Assembly (NCBI GenBank): GCA_023410595.1
Contig: JAEYPO010000038.1
Coordinates: 18,220 to 82,219, forward strand
DNA length: 64,000 bases
Direction: 5' to 3'
From: Bacillota bacterium
Lineage (GTDB): Bacteria > Bacillota > Clostridia > Christensenellales > SZUA-584
This document shows positions 1 to 7,998 of this stretch, piece by piece. Numbering within the stretch: position 1 is the stretch's first letter; each line of letters starts with the position of its first letter. The notes beneath the pieces are model-generated. The model made no database searches and was not told where the DNA came from. It saw only the letters and a program-made list of their open reading frames with translations. A program made the position numbers and the translations under genes.

Positions 1-18
1 TGTAACCTTCTTAGCCAT
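1..18 (-). CDS. rplK: 50S ribosomal protein L11, first 6 codons only (gene runs off the left edge)
   Basis: Reverse complement of 1..18 is ATGGCTAAGAAGGTTACA (MAKKVT), preceded by AAGGAGG (rc of 26..32). It sits in the canonical position downstream of nusG. Confidence 0.55.
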
Positions 19-199
19 GGTTACGCCTCCTTAATACTTTTAATGTGGTACAAGCGGTCCCGCACTTGACTGCTTTGCTTCCGAACTGGAACCTGCAATC
101 ATGCGCGGGGTTTTCTCCCACTTGATTGCTATGCTTCAAATTACAGCTCACAATCAAGTGCGGGATTTCCTCCCACTTGTTAAAAGAAGTAGAACCTCT

Positions 200-820
200 T
201 TATATGCGTTTTATCTGTACAAAGTCAAGATCCACAAGCGTGTCTCTGCCAAACATCGAGACGACGACCTTGACTTTCTGCTTTTCCGGATTGACTTCCT
301 TAATAACTCCAACGAAGCTTTCGAGCGGCCCGGATGTTACCATGACGTTTTCGCCCACCTCGACGTTGAGCTTAATGGGTATGTTCTCAACGCCCATCGC
401 GCGCACTTCTTTATCTGTAAGCGGTATGGGTTTTGAACCGGGGCCTACGAAGCCGGTAACGCCCCTTGTGTTGCGGACGACATACCAGGTTTCGTCGTCA
501 AGTATCATCTTGACCATTACGTAACCGGGATACATCTTCTTCATAACGTGTTTTTTCTTGCCGTTCTTTACCTCGATACTCTCTTCCATGGGAACCTTGA
601 CTTCGAGTATTATGTCCTCAAAACCGCGGTTATGTATCGCCTTTTCCAGGTTGGCTTTCACCTTGTTTTCATAGCCTGAATACGTGTGGACGACATACCA
701 ATAGGGTTTATCCGTTCTTTCTTGCTTGATAAACACGCCTTGAAGCTCTGTTCTTTTCGTCTCTTCAGTTTTTGCCTCCGGCGAATCCGTTATTTCGCCG
801 AAATTAACTTCATCTGACAT
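200..820 (-). CDS. nusG: Transcription termination/antitermination factor NusG
   Basis: 206-aa ORF with an NGN-like core (KPYWYVVHTYSGYENKV) and a C-terminal KOW-like segment (GPLESFVGVIKEVNPEKQKVKVVVSMFGRDT). secE-nusG-rplK synteny. Confidence 0.95.
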   Translation of the reverse strand: MSDEVNFGEITDSPEAKTEETKRTELQGVFIKQERTDKPYWYVVHTYSGYENKVKANLEKAIHNRGFEDIILEVKVPMEESIEVKNGKKKHVMKKMYPGYVMVKMILDDETWYVVRNTRGVTGFVGPGSKPIPLTDKEVRAMGVENIPIKLNVEVGENVMVTSGPLESFVGVIKEVNPEKQKVKVVVSMFGRDTLVDLDFVQIKRI

Positions 821-853
821 ATAGTGTGTACCGACCGAAGCCGGTACGCCTCC

Positions 854-1129
854 TTACGGTGTTTTTAGAACAAGCCTGAACAATTCGGCAAGGCCGGCAT
901 CCATAAGGCCGACAATAATTACGGTGACTATAATAAACGCAATGACTGCTCCTGAGTATTTTATAAGATCCTTGGCCGTCGGCCACGTGACCTTCTTAAG
1001 CTCGGAAACTATGTCTTTAAAGAACCTTGCCGGGCTCTTTCTTTTTTTCTTGTTAGCCTTTTTAGCAAGCTTTCGCTGCTGTTCAAGCTTTTCCTTCCTG
1101 TCGCTGCCGAGTAATTTTGTTTTCGCCAT
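854..1129 (-). CDS. secE: Preprotein translocase subunit SecE
   Basis: Small basic N-terminus plus a single C-terminal TM helix (VTWPTAKDLIKYSGAVIAFIIVTVIIVGLMD). Located between rpmG and nusG. Start moved to the ATG (MAKTK) behind GAGGG; the track start is a TTG. Confidence 0.85.
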   Translation of the reverse strand: MAKTKLLGSDRKEKLEQQRKLAKKANKKKRKSPARFFKDIVSELKKVTWPTAKDLIKYSGAVIAFIIVTVIIVGLMDAGLAELFRLVLKTP

Positions 1130-1177
1130 AACCCTCACATCCAATCGCAGATAGTATACCCAAAACCTCGCGCTGTG

Positions 1178-1327
1178 CTATTTCGTTTCCTTGTGCAGGG
1201 TATGTTTTTTACAGAAACGACAATACTTATTCATTTCCAGTCTGTCGGGATCGTTCTTCTTGTTCTTCATCATGTCGTAATTTCTCTGCTTGCATTCTGT
1301 GCATGCCAAAGTAATCTTGGTGCGCAT
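1178..1327 (-). CDS. rpmG: 50S ribosomal protein L33
   Basis: [49 protein letters not shown]: typical 49-aa zinc-ribbon L33. Start set at the internal Met of the track ORF. Confidence 0.9.
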   Translation of the reverse strand: MRTKITLACTECKQRNYDMMKNKKNDPDRLEMNKYCRFCKKHTLHKETK

Positions 1328-1590
1328 GGCCACTCCTCCAACTTTTCTTATGGTGTCCCCCAAAATCAAATTTCAAGGGTTAATTTGAGCACAATCTAAA
1401 AAAGGCCTTCCAGCCATATTCTAAATCAACATTAGTAATCTATCATAATGCATGGTCGTTGTCAAATGATTTTATTAAAGAAAGACCAATAATTATCAGC
1501 AACAAAAGCCTCTCAAGCCTAACGGATGATTCCACAACATTTTTGCCGTTTGCATAGTAAATAATGCAAATAAATGAGCGCTCATTGTTA

Positions 1591-2184
1591 TTATTTTCTC
1601 CACGCGACCGTATCATCAAATCTCTTTCTCGGACGCGCTTTGGGCTGTTCAAGGGCATAACCAAACGCGACGGCAGCCGCCATATCGCCTTGCGTGTTTA
1701 TCCACTGCTGAAGCTCCTGATAAGCAAAAAACACGTTGCAGATCCACAGACTTCCTATGCCTCTCTCCGTTGCCTCAAGAAGCATGTTTTGTATCGCAGC
1801 GCCTATGGATTCAATATTTGCCGTCTCATATATCCGTTCCTCCGGCGTAGTCTTTTCAAACAGCCCTTTGCCTTGAATGTTTACTATAAACACTACGACG
1901 GGGGCTTGTTCCATTATTAATATTGAGCGTTTTGCATCGCCTAAATGACACGAGCTTTCAGGTAAAAGTGCGTCCGAATGTTCTTCGCGGTGTAATCCTT
2001 GTTTAAAAGCTTCCAGCATGCTCGCCTTCGAATCTCCTTTGACAACGATGAACTTCCAGGGCTGTCTGTTTTTCGCGGAAGGGGCTTTTATGCCGCTTTC
2101 AATGATTTCGCGTATGACTTCATCCGGTATATCCTGCCCGGAAAACTTCCTTATACTTCTCCTGTCTTCAATTGCTTTTAGCAT
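1591..2184 (-). CDS. Nitroreductase family protein
   Basis: N-terminal RRSIRKF...IPDE..I..II..G..APSA.N.QPW.F motif characteristic of the FMN nitroreductase fold. Confidence 0.8.
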   Translation of the reverse strand: MLKAIEDRRSIRKFSGQDIPDEVIREIIESGIKAPSAKNRQPWKFIVVKGDSKASMLEAFKQGLHREEHSDALLPESSCHLGDAKRSILIMEQAPVVVFIVNIQGKGLFEKTTPEERIYETANIESIGAAIQNMLLEATERGIGSLWICNVFFAYQELQQWINTQGDMAAAVAFGYALEQPKARPRKRFDDTVAWRK

Positions 2185-2368
2185 ATGGCTTCTCCTGCAC
2201 GTTAGTATAATTATAGTATTTTATACCATTATACAATAAAAAGCAAAAACGCTTATCCTGCTATAATAATTATGAACAATCAAAAAATAAAAGCCTAACT
2301 CGTTGCCCGCCGAAGCCAGTACATGGTAATATAATCTGATAAGCGCTGATAATGTTTCGGAGAGAAAG

Positions 2369-3235
2369 ATGTTCGGATATGTGCAGCCCTTAAAGAGCGA
2401 GCTCAAAATGAAGGAGTACGAGGCGTTCAAGGGGTATTACTGCGGCCTGTGCAAGGCGATAAAAGAAAAATATACAAACATGGCGCGATTTATGCTAAAC
2501 TACGATTGCGCCGTGCTGTCGCTGATACTATCTTCGATGAGCGACGAGGTTCCCAGTGCCGGGCGAGAGCTTTGTATCGCGAGCCCCGTTAAAAAGAAGA
2601 CGGTCATACATTCGCGCGAATCGGAATACGCCGCAACGGTAAACGTGCTGTTAGGATACGCAAAGATAAAAGACGCGGCGGCGGACGATAAAAAGATATC
2701 CGCCGGGCTGCTGTCCGCGGCTTACAAAAGGGTGCAAAAACGCGCCATAAAAGACAGCCCGGAGCTGGCGGCGGAGTTTGGCGCAAGGCTAGGTAACCTC
2801 CATAGGCTGGAGGCGGAAAACAGCGCGGATATTGACGCCGTATCGTCGGAGTTCGGCTGCCTGCTCGGCGCGGTGTTCTCATGCGCGCCGTACGGCTTTA
2901 TAGACACCGCGGCCAAGAAAACGCTTTGGCACTTGGGATATAACCTCGGGCGGTGGATATACATTGCGGACGCATTTGACGACATAATAAAAGATGAGAA
3001 GATAAAAAGTTACAACGTTTTTTTACAGAGGGGACATAAGGACGCGGCGGCGCTGAAAGCGTCGGTCCGTGAGGAAGCCGCGTTCAACCTCAATTTTTCG
3101 CTGACGGAAGCCTGCAAGGCGTACGAGCTGCTAGACTTGAGGAGGGATAAGCCCCTCATTGACAACATCATGTACTTAGGGCTCGCGAAAAAGACGGAGG
3201 ATGTTCTGAAAGGGGAAACTGATGGATCCGTATAA
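2369..3235 (+). CDS. DUF5685-like protein (unknown function)
   Basis: The N-terminus MFGYVQPLKSELKMKEYEAFKGYYCGLCKAIK matches my memory of the DUF5685 family signature. Overlaps the next gene by 14 nt. Confidence 0.55.
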   Translation: MFGYVQPLKSELKMKEYEAFKGYYCGLCKAIKEKYTNMARFMLNYDCAVLSLILSSMSDEVPSAGRELCIASPVKKKTVIHSRESEYAATVNVLLGYAKIKDAAADDKKISAGLLSAAYKRVQKRAIKDSPELAAEFGARLGNLHRLEAENSADIDAVSSEFGCLLGAVFSCAPYGFIDTAAKKTLWHLGYNLGRWIYIADAFDDIIKDEKIKSYNVFLQRGHKDAAALKASVREEAAFNLNFSLTEACKAYELLDLRRDKPLIDNIMYLGLAKKTEDVLKGETDGSV

Positions 3236-3827
3236 AGTGTTGGGGGTAAGCCCTTCCGCGACGGATGCGGAGATAAAGACCGCGTACAGAAACCTTGCGA
3301 AGAAATACCATCCCGACAGGTACAAGGGACACGATCTTGAAGAACTTGCGGGAGAAAAATTAAAGCAGATAAACGAAGCCTACGACACAATAACGAAGGA
3401 GAGGCAGGCGGGATACTCCCGCGCTTCCGACGGCTTTAACTCGTCGTATTCCGGCTCGTCATACTCCGGCTCGACGCAGTTTGCCGATATACGCAGCGCG
3501 ATACAGGCAGGCGATTTAACGCGCGCCGAATCGATGCTGGACGCCGTAAGCAACAGAAACGCCGAGTGGCACTTCTTAAAAGGCATGGTGCTGCTACGCA
3601 AGGGCTGGTACGACGGGGCGAGGCAGCACTTTGCTACCGCGAACAGCATGGATCCGGGCAATCCGGAATACGCTAACGCGTACAACACATTGAACCGCAG
3701 CGCTTCAGGTTATGGTCAGACATTCTACGGAAATCAGCGCAACCCCGGAAACGACATGTGCAATATATGCAGCGGGCTGCTCTGCGCAGACTGCTGCTGC
3801 GAATGCATGGGCGGCAATTGCTGCTGA
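3222..3827 (+). CDS. J-domain (DnaJ-like) protein with TPR-like middle region and poly-cysteine tail
   Basis: DPYKVLGV...AYRNLAKKYHPDR (HPD motif); TPR-like WHFLKGMVLLRKGWYDGARQHFATA; C-terminus CNICSGLLCADCCCECMGGNCC. Confidence 0.85.
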   Translation: MDPYKVLGVSPSATDAEIKTAYRNLAKKYHPDRYKGHDLEELAGEKLKQINEAYDTITKERQAGYSRASDGFNSSYSGSSYSGSTQFADIRSAIQAGDLTRAESMLDAVSNRNAEWHFLKGMVLLRKGWYDGARQHFATANSMDPGNPEYANAYNTLNRSASGYGQTFYGNQRNPGNDMCNICSGLLCADCCCECMGGNCC

Positions 3828-3851
3828 CACCAAACATATCGGAGGTCATAA

Positions 3852-4382
3852 ATGCCGCGTTTTAAAAGAACCGCACACAGGGCAAGCCTTACGGCGATGT
3901 TCGCCGCGATGTCGCTCGTGTTTTTATACCTTGCTTCCATACTGCCTACCATGAGGATCGTGGCTTATTTTTTAAGCTCGGTGTTTGTGATGGGGCTGGT
4001 GCTTGAGGAGGAGATAGGGCTGGCATGGCTCATGTTCGCCGTTGTTTCGCTGCTGTCGCTGCTGCTAATGCCCAACATACTGCGCGTCGTTCCGTACGTG
4101 CTGTTTTTCGGGCATTACGGAATAGGCAAATACTTCATACAGACGCGCGTAAAAGACAAGATCGTCGGATACGTGCTCAAGCTTTTATACTACAACGTCG
4201 CGCTCGTGCTGATGTATCTGCTGGCACGGCAGATAATAGAGCAGGATCTGCTCAGCCTGGGCGTAGGCCTGTGGCTGGTTTTAATAGGCGCGGAAGCGGC
4301 GTTCGTGCTTTACGATTATCTGTTCACAAAAGTTACCGCTTATTATTTCAATAATATAAGGCGCCTGTTGATGAAGAACTAA
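3852..4382 (+). CDS. Multi-pass membrane protein, unknown function
   Basis: 176-aa ORF with several hydrophobic helices, 24 nt downstream of the J-protein gene, same strand. Confidence 0.5.
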   Translation: MPRFKRTAHRASLTAMFAAMSLVFLYLASILPTMRIVAYFLSSVFVMGLVLEEEIGLAWLMFAVVSLLSLLLMPNILRVVPYVLFFGHYGIGKYFIQTRVKDKIVGYVLKLLYYNVALVLMYLLARQIIEQDLLSLGVGLWLVLIGAEAAFVLYDYLFTKVTAYYFNNIRRLLMKN

Positions 4383-5065
4383 CCTTTGTCGTGCGTCAGG
4401 CCGCTGTCCCCGAATATCGGTATGGCGTCTCCCAAGTATTTAGGCTCGGGCAGAAATATCACGCTGAAGAAATCCTTGACGCGCGCAAGGCTTTCTCTTA
4501 TAGCGTCGCGCGTTGCGTTTGAATATACCCTCGGGTCTGAATTGACGCCGGTAGCGTCAAGCCCCAGCGCCCGCGCTATGTAGACGGCCCTTGAAACATG
4601 AAACTTTTGCGTGACGATTATGCAGCTTTTTACGCGGAACACGTCCCTCGCCCTGTACATGCTCTCATACGTCGAAAACCCCGCGTGATCGAGGAATATA
4701 TCCTCTTTGGGCACGCCTTTTTTAATAGCGTAATCCATCATGGCGTTCACTTCGTCGTAATCCGTTTGCCCGTGGTCTCCCGAAAACAGCAGCCTTTCTG
4801 CCTTACCCGCGTTATAAAGCGAAATAGCGCAGTCGACTCTGTCTCTCAGCACAAGCGAAAGCCTCTCGTCGCCATATACGAGCGCCCCCGGCACAATCAC
4901 GCAGTCCGCCTTTTCTATGCTGTCCATGTCTTCTATGCCGAAAACATAAGGCGCAGCCGCGCCAATTACGGCGGCGTTAATGATAAAAAAAGCGGTGGCA
5001 AACAGTGCTAAAACCGAAGAAAAAATTATTATTAGCTTTACGATCTTTTTTTTCTTTTTTGGCAT
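4379..5065 (-). CDS. SanA/YdcF (DUF218) family protein
   Basis: N-terminal TM anchor, then GDERLSLVLRDRVDCAISLYNAGKAERLLFSGDHGQTDYDEVNAM..GVP..DIFLDHAGFSTYESM, typical of SanA-like DUF218. Start set at MPKKKK behind GAGGAA. Confidence 0.75.
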   Translation of the reverse strand: MPKKKKKIVKLIIIFSSVLALFATAFFIINAAVIGAAAPYVFGIEDMDSIEKADCVIVPGALVYGDERLSLVLRDRVDCAISLYNAGKAERLLFSGDHGQTDYDEVNAMMDYAIKKGVPKEDIFLDHAGFSTYESMYRARDVFRVKSCIIVTQKFHVSRAVYIARALGLDATGVNSDPRVYSNATRDAIRESLARVKDFFSVIFLPEPKYLGDAIPIFGDSGLTHDKG

Positions 5066-5218
5066 ATGTTCCTCGTGCGTCAGTTTCAGATGATTATACA
5101 TTATAACACATTATGCGATAAAGATGTGATCACAGCCAGAGCATGGATAAAAGCACTATACATTATCCCATCCCCCCGGGCATATATTCTAACAAAGCTT
5201 TTTTTGGAGGGTGAGTAA

Positions 5219-5542
5219 ATGCCGATGTATCCTATGAGGTTTGGGTTTACGCCGGGCAGAAACGAAAGAGTGGAGGCCGTCGTCACCGTGCCTGAAGAAA
5301 AGAGGAGCATATTACATGGAACGGTATACGATGCCGACGGGAAAATAATAAAGGACGCGATCGTCCGGCTGTTTCTGCACGAAGAAAACAAAGATTCGGC
5401 AGTCGCGGATACTTTTACGGACGCAGACGGCGAGTTCACGTTCGGCCCGCTGCTTGCCAATAAAAACTATGTCGTCAAGGTTTATGTAAACGGCGTGACG
5501 CTGCGCGAAATAAGCGTAAAACCGCTTAAAAAGAAAACGTAG
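5219..5542 (+). CDS. Small protein with carboxypeptidase-regulatory-like (prealbumin-fold) domain
   Basis: The pattern GTVYDADGKIIKDAIVRL...TDADGEFTFGPL..NKNYVVKV resembles CarboxypepD_reg-type beta-sandwich repeats. GGAGGG RBS upstream. Confidence 0.4.
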   Translation: MPMYPMRFGFTPGRNERVEAVVTVPEEKRSILHGTVYDADGKIIKDAIVRLFLHEENKDSAVADTFTDADGEFTFGPLLANKNYVVKVYVNGVTLREISVKPLKKKT

Positions 5543-5552
5543 CCAGAAGGAT

Positions 5553-5578
5553 AAAAGCGCTTATCAGGCGCTTTTTTT
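5553..5578 (+). terminator. Intrinsic terminator
   Basis: AAAAGCGC-ttatcag-GCGCTTTTTTT directly after the 5219..5542 ORF. Confidence 0.75.
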
Positions 5579-5583
5579 ATAAT

Positions 5584-5619
5584 GGGATCCCCAGCAAGTC
5601 GTGAGACTTGATGGGGTGG
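5584..5619 (+). repeat. Short GNRA-hairpin intergenic repeat (single unit)
   Basis: GGGATCCCCAGCAAGTCGTGAGACTTGATGGGGTGG: same module as 47561..47605, with stem AAGTC/GACTT around a GTGA loop. Confidence 0.8.
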
Positions 5620-5720
5620 TAATATCGGCCATTATTGCTTGAGCGGCGTTTGTTTGTGGCAAGATTATCCATGTGGTAATTATGGTTTGCATATTAACGC
5701 TTTAAGCACACATTTGCGCA

Positions 5721-5729
5721 TGTTATAAT
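5721..5729 (+). promoter_or_regulatory. Putative extended -10 promoter (TGtTATAAT)
   Basis: TGTTATAAT lies 20 nt upstream of the ATG at 5749. It overlaps the first ATG of the track ORF (5728), which is why the CDS start was moved. Confidence 0.35.
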
Positions 5730-5748
5730 GCCATGGAAAGGAAAACAC

Positions 5749-6831
5749 ATGGGCAGACTTTACATCGCAAGGGGCAGCGACGCAAAACATATGACGCGGC
5801 TGCTATTAGAAGCAACAAAGCCGGAAGAAGGGCATGAGAAAAGCGCCGTAGTTGCTCTCAAGCCTAATCTTGTCGTGGCGAAGAGCTGGAAGAGCGGCGC
5901 GACGACTAATCCCGCCGTATGCGAAGCGGTAATAGAATACTTCTTTGAGCGCGGGTATAAAAACTTATGTATAATAGAGAGCAGCTGGGTAGGATGCGAT
6001 ACACGCTTAGCGTTTCGCGTTTGCGGATATGACGCGCTTGCGGATAAATACGGGATAGAGCTTGTTGACGTCAAGAAAGATGAATATGTTACGCAAGAAT
6101 ATGGCGGGCTGTCTATAGACGTCTCAAAGCGCGTGCTCGAAGCGGACATGCTTATAAACCTGCCGCTTATAAAAGGGCATTGCCAGACAAAGATTACGTG
6201 CGCTCTTAAAAACATGAAGGGATTGATACCCGATAGGGAGAAGCGCAGGTTCCATGCCTTAGGCCTTAATAAACCCATAGCGTATCTTGGCAGTATGATA
6301 ACGCCTACGCTGACTATCGCGGACGGCATATACACCGACCCGGGGTTTGAGGAAGGCGGCAATCCCCGCAGAATGGACATTATGGTTGCGGGAACTGACA
6401 GCGTGCTAATAGACGCGTACGCCGCCAGGCTGCTGGGTTATAAGCCGTATGACATAGAGTATATAAGAATAGCGGAGCAGTCGGGCGCGGGCAGCGCGGA
6501 CATTGAGAACGCGCAGATAATAAATTTTTCGGGCAGCGGCGGCGCGGAATATAACGTCCGCCCGGACAATATGGACTCAATCAAAGCGCACATTATCGAA
6601 CGCGACGCATGCAGCGCGTGCTATGCTAACCTGCTCGGTGCTCTTGGGCAGCTTGAAGAAAGCCGCGGCCTCGGCGATTTAAAGGTGTGCGTAGGCCAGG
6701 GCTTTAAAGGCAGGAGCGGGACGTTAGGCAGCGGCGATTGTACGTCAAATTTTGCGCGCTGTATAAAGGGCTGCCCTCCGAGCGCCGAGGACATAAAAAA
6801 AGAACTAACAGCTTTAAGGAGTGATATATAA
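5749..6831 (+). CDS. DUF362 domain protein with Cys-rich C-terminus
   Basis: The VALKPNLVVAK...TTNPAVCEAVIEYFFERGYKNLCIIESSW core resembles DUF362. The C-terminal region has a CSAC pair and several further Cys (CVGQG, GDCTS, RCIKGCPPS). The stop TAA abuts the next ATG. Confidence 0.65.
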   Translation: MGRLYIARGSDAKHMTRLLLEATKPEEGHEKSAVVALKPNLVVAKSWKSGATTNPAVCEAVIEYFFERGYKNLCIIESSWVGCDTRLAFRVCGYDALADKYGIELVDVKKDEYVTQEYGGLSIDVSKRVLEADMLINLPLIKGHCQTKITCALKNMKGLIPDREKRRFHALGLNKPIAYLGSMITPTLTIADGIYTDPGFEEGGNPRRMDIMVAGTDSVLIDAYAARLLGYKPYDIEYIRIAEQSGAGSADIENAQIINFSGSGGAEYNVRPDNMDSIKAHIIERDACSACYANLLGALGQLEESRGLGDLKVCVGQGFKGRSGTLGSGDCTSNFARCIKGCPPSAEDIKKELTALRSDI

Positions 6832-7998
6832 ATGAAACGATTCACGATAGTGCTGGACGGTATAGCGGACAGGCCGCAGAAAGCGCTGAACGGCAAAACG
6901 CCCATGGAGGCTGCAGGCACGCCGGGGCTGGACAGTCTCTTTAAAAGCTCAAAGCCGGGAACTGTGCTTACTATACCACCGGGGCTAGAGGTAGGAAGTT
7001 CGGTTGCGAACTTGAGCCTGTTAGGCTACGACCCCGCAAGCGTGTATAAGGGACGCGCGGTAATAGAGGCCGCGGGAGCGGGGCTCGCCGTAAGCAGGGG
7101 AGACCTGTATATAAGGTGCAATTTCATTTCGCTTGAGGGCGACAGCTTTGAAACAAGCGTGATGAAGAGCTACAGCGCGCACGATATAGAAACGGATAAG
7201 GCAAGGCCGCTTACCGACAGGTTAAACGAAGAGGTGTTTAAGCCTCCGTTTAAGCTCGTGCATATAGATACGTTCCGTAACATACTCATCGTCGAAGGCG
7301 CGGCGGACATTGCAAAGCAGCTTGCGTTCATGCCCGCGCACGACATGATAGGAGGGCGCGCCGCCGATTATATAAAGGGCGGCCCCGTTATGCAGGAATA
7401 CTTCGCGCTAATGAAAAAGGCATATGACATACTCAGACAGGACAATAAAACTGAGGCGAACGGAATATGGTTCTGGGGAGCCTCGTATGCGCCGAGCTTC
7501 GGGCATCAGCCGGAAGGCAGGCGCGTTGTGCTCGCGGAAACGTCGCTGATGAGGGGCATCGCGGCGCTATCCGGCACGGAATGCGTCACGACAGGCGAAG
7601 ACAAAGGCTTCATAGAGTTTCTTAAAGACAAGACAAAGAACGCCGTTGCCGCCGTAAAAGAGTACGATTACGCTTATATACATATACAGAAGCTGGACGA
7701 CCTGTCGCACGAGCTGCAGCCTGTAGAGAAGATGCGCGCTATCGAGGATATAGACACGCATTTCATAAGGCCGTTTTTCGCGGAGATAGACGAACCGTAC
7801 ACCGCAATCGTAGTATCCGACCACTACACGTTTTCAGATACCGGCGGCCACGGAGGAGAGCCTTCGCCGTTCATGCTGCTGGGGCAGGGCTCGGCGGAAC
7901 CTGCGGGACGGTTTACTGAACAGTATTGCAGGAACGCAGGCTGGAGCGTAAAGGCGGGCGAGCTCGTAGCGCTGCAGAGAAACGGAGGCAACAAATGA
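6832..7998 (+). CDS. ApgM-type (archaeal-type) cofactor-independent phosphoglycerate mutase family protein
   Basis: MKRFTIVLDGIADRP...GKTPMEAAGTPGLDSL...VANLSLLGYDP...IRCNF and a C-terminal VVSDHYT..TG.H, typical of the metalloenzyme/PhosphMutase family. Confidence 0.7.
   Translation: MKRFTIVLDGIADRPQKALNGKTPMEAAGTPGLDSLFKSSKPGTVLTIPPGLEVGSSVANLSLLGYDPASVYKGRAVIEAAGAGLAVSRGDLYIRCNFISLEGDSFETSVMKSYSAHDIETDKARPLTDRLNEEVFKPPFKLVHIDTFRNILIVEGAADIAKQLAFMPAHDMIGGRAADYIKGGPVMQEYFALMKKAYDILRQDNKTEANGIWFWGASYAPSFGHQPEGRRVVLAETSLMRGIAALSGTECVTTGEDKGFIEFLKDKTKNAVAAVKEYDYAYIHIQKLDDLSHELQPVEKMRAIEDIDTHFIRPFFAEIDEPYTAIVVSDHYTFSDTGGHGGEPSPFMLLGQGSAEPAGRFTEQYCRNAGWSVKAGELVALQRNGGNK

Noticed and set aside
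1443-1920. Small ORFs 1443..1664(-) and 1564..1920(+)
   Set aside because: They lie in the AT-rich spacer or antisense to the nitroreductase gene, with no motifs or RBS.
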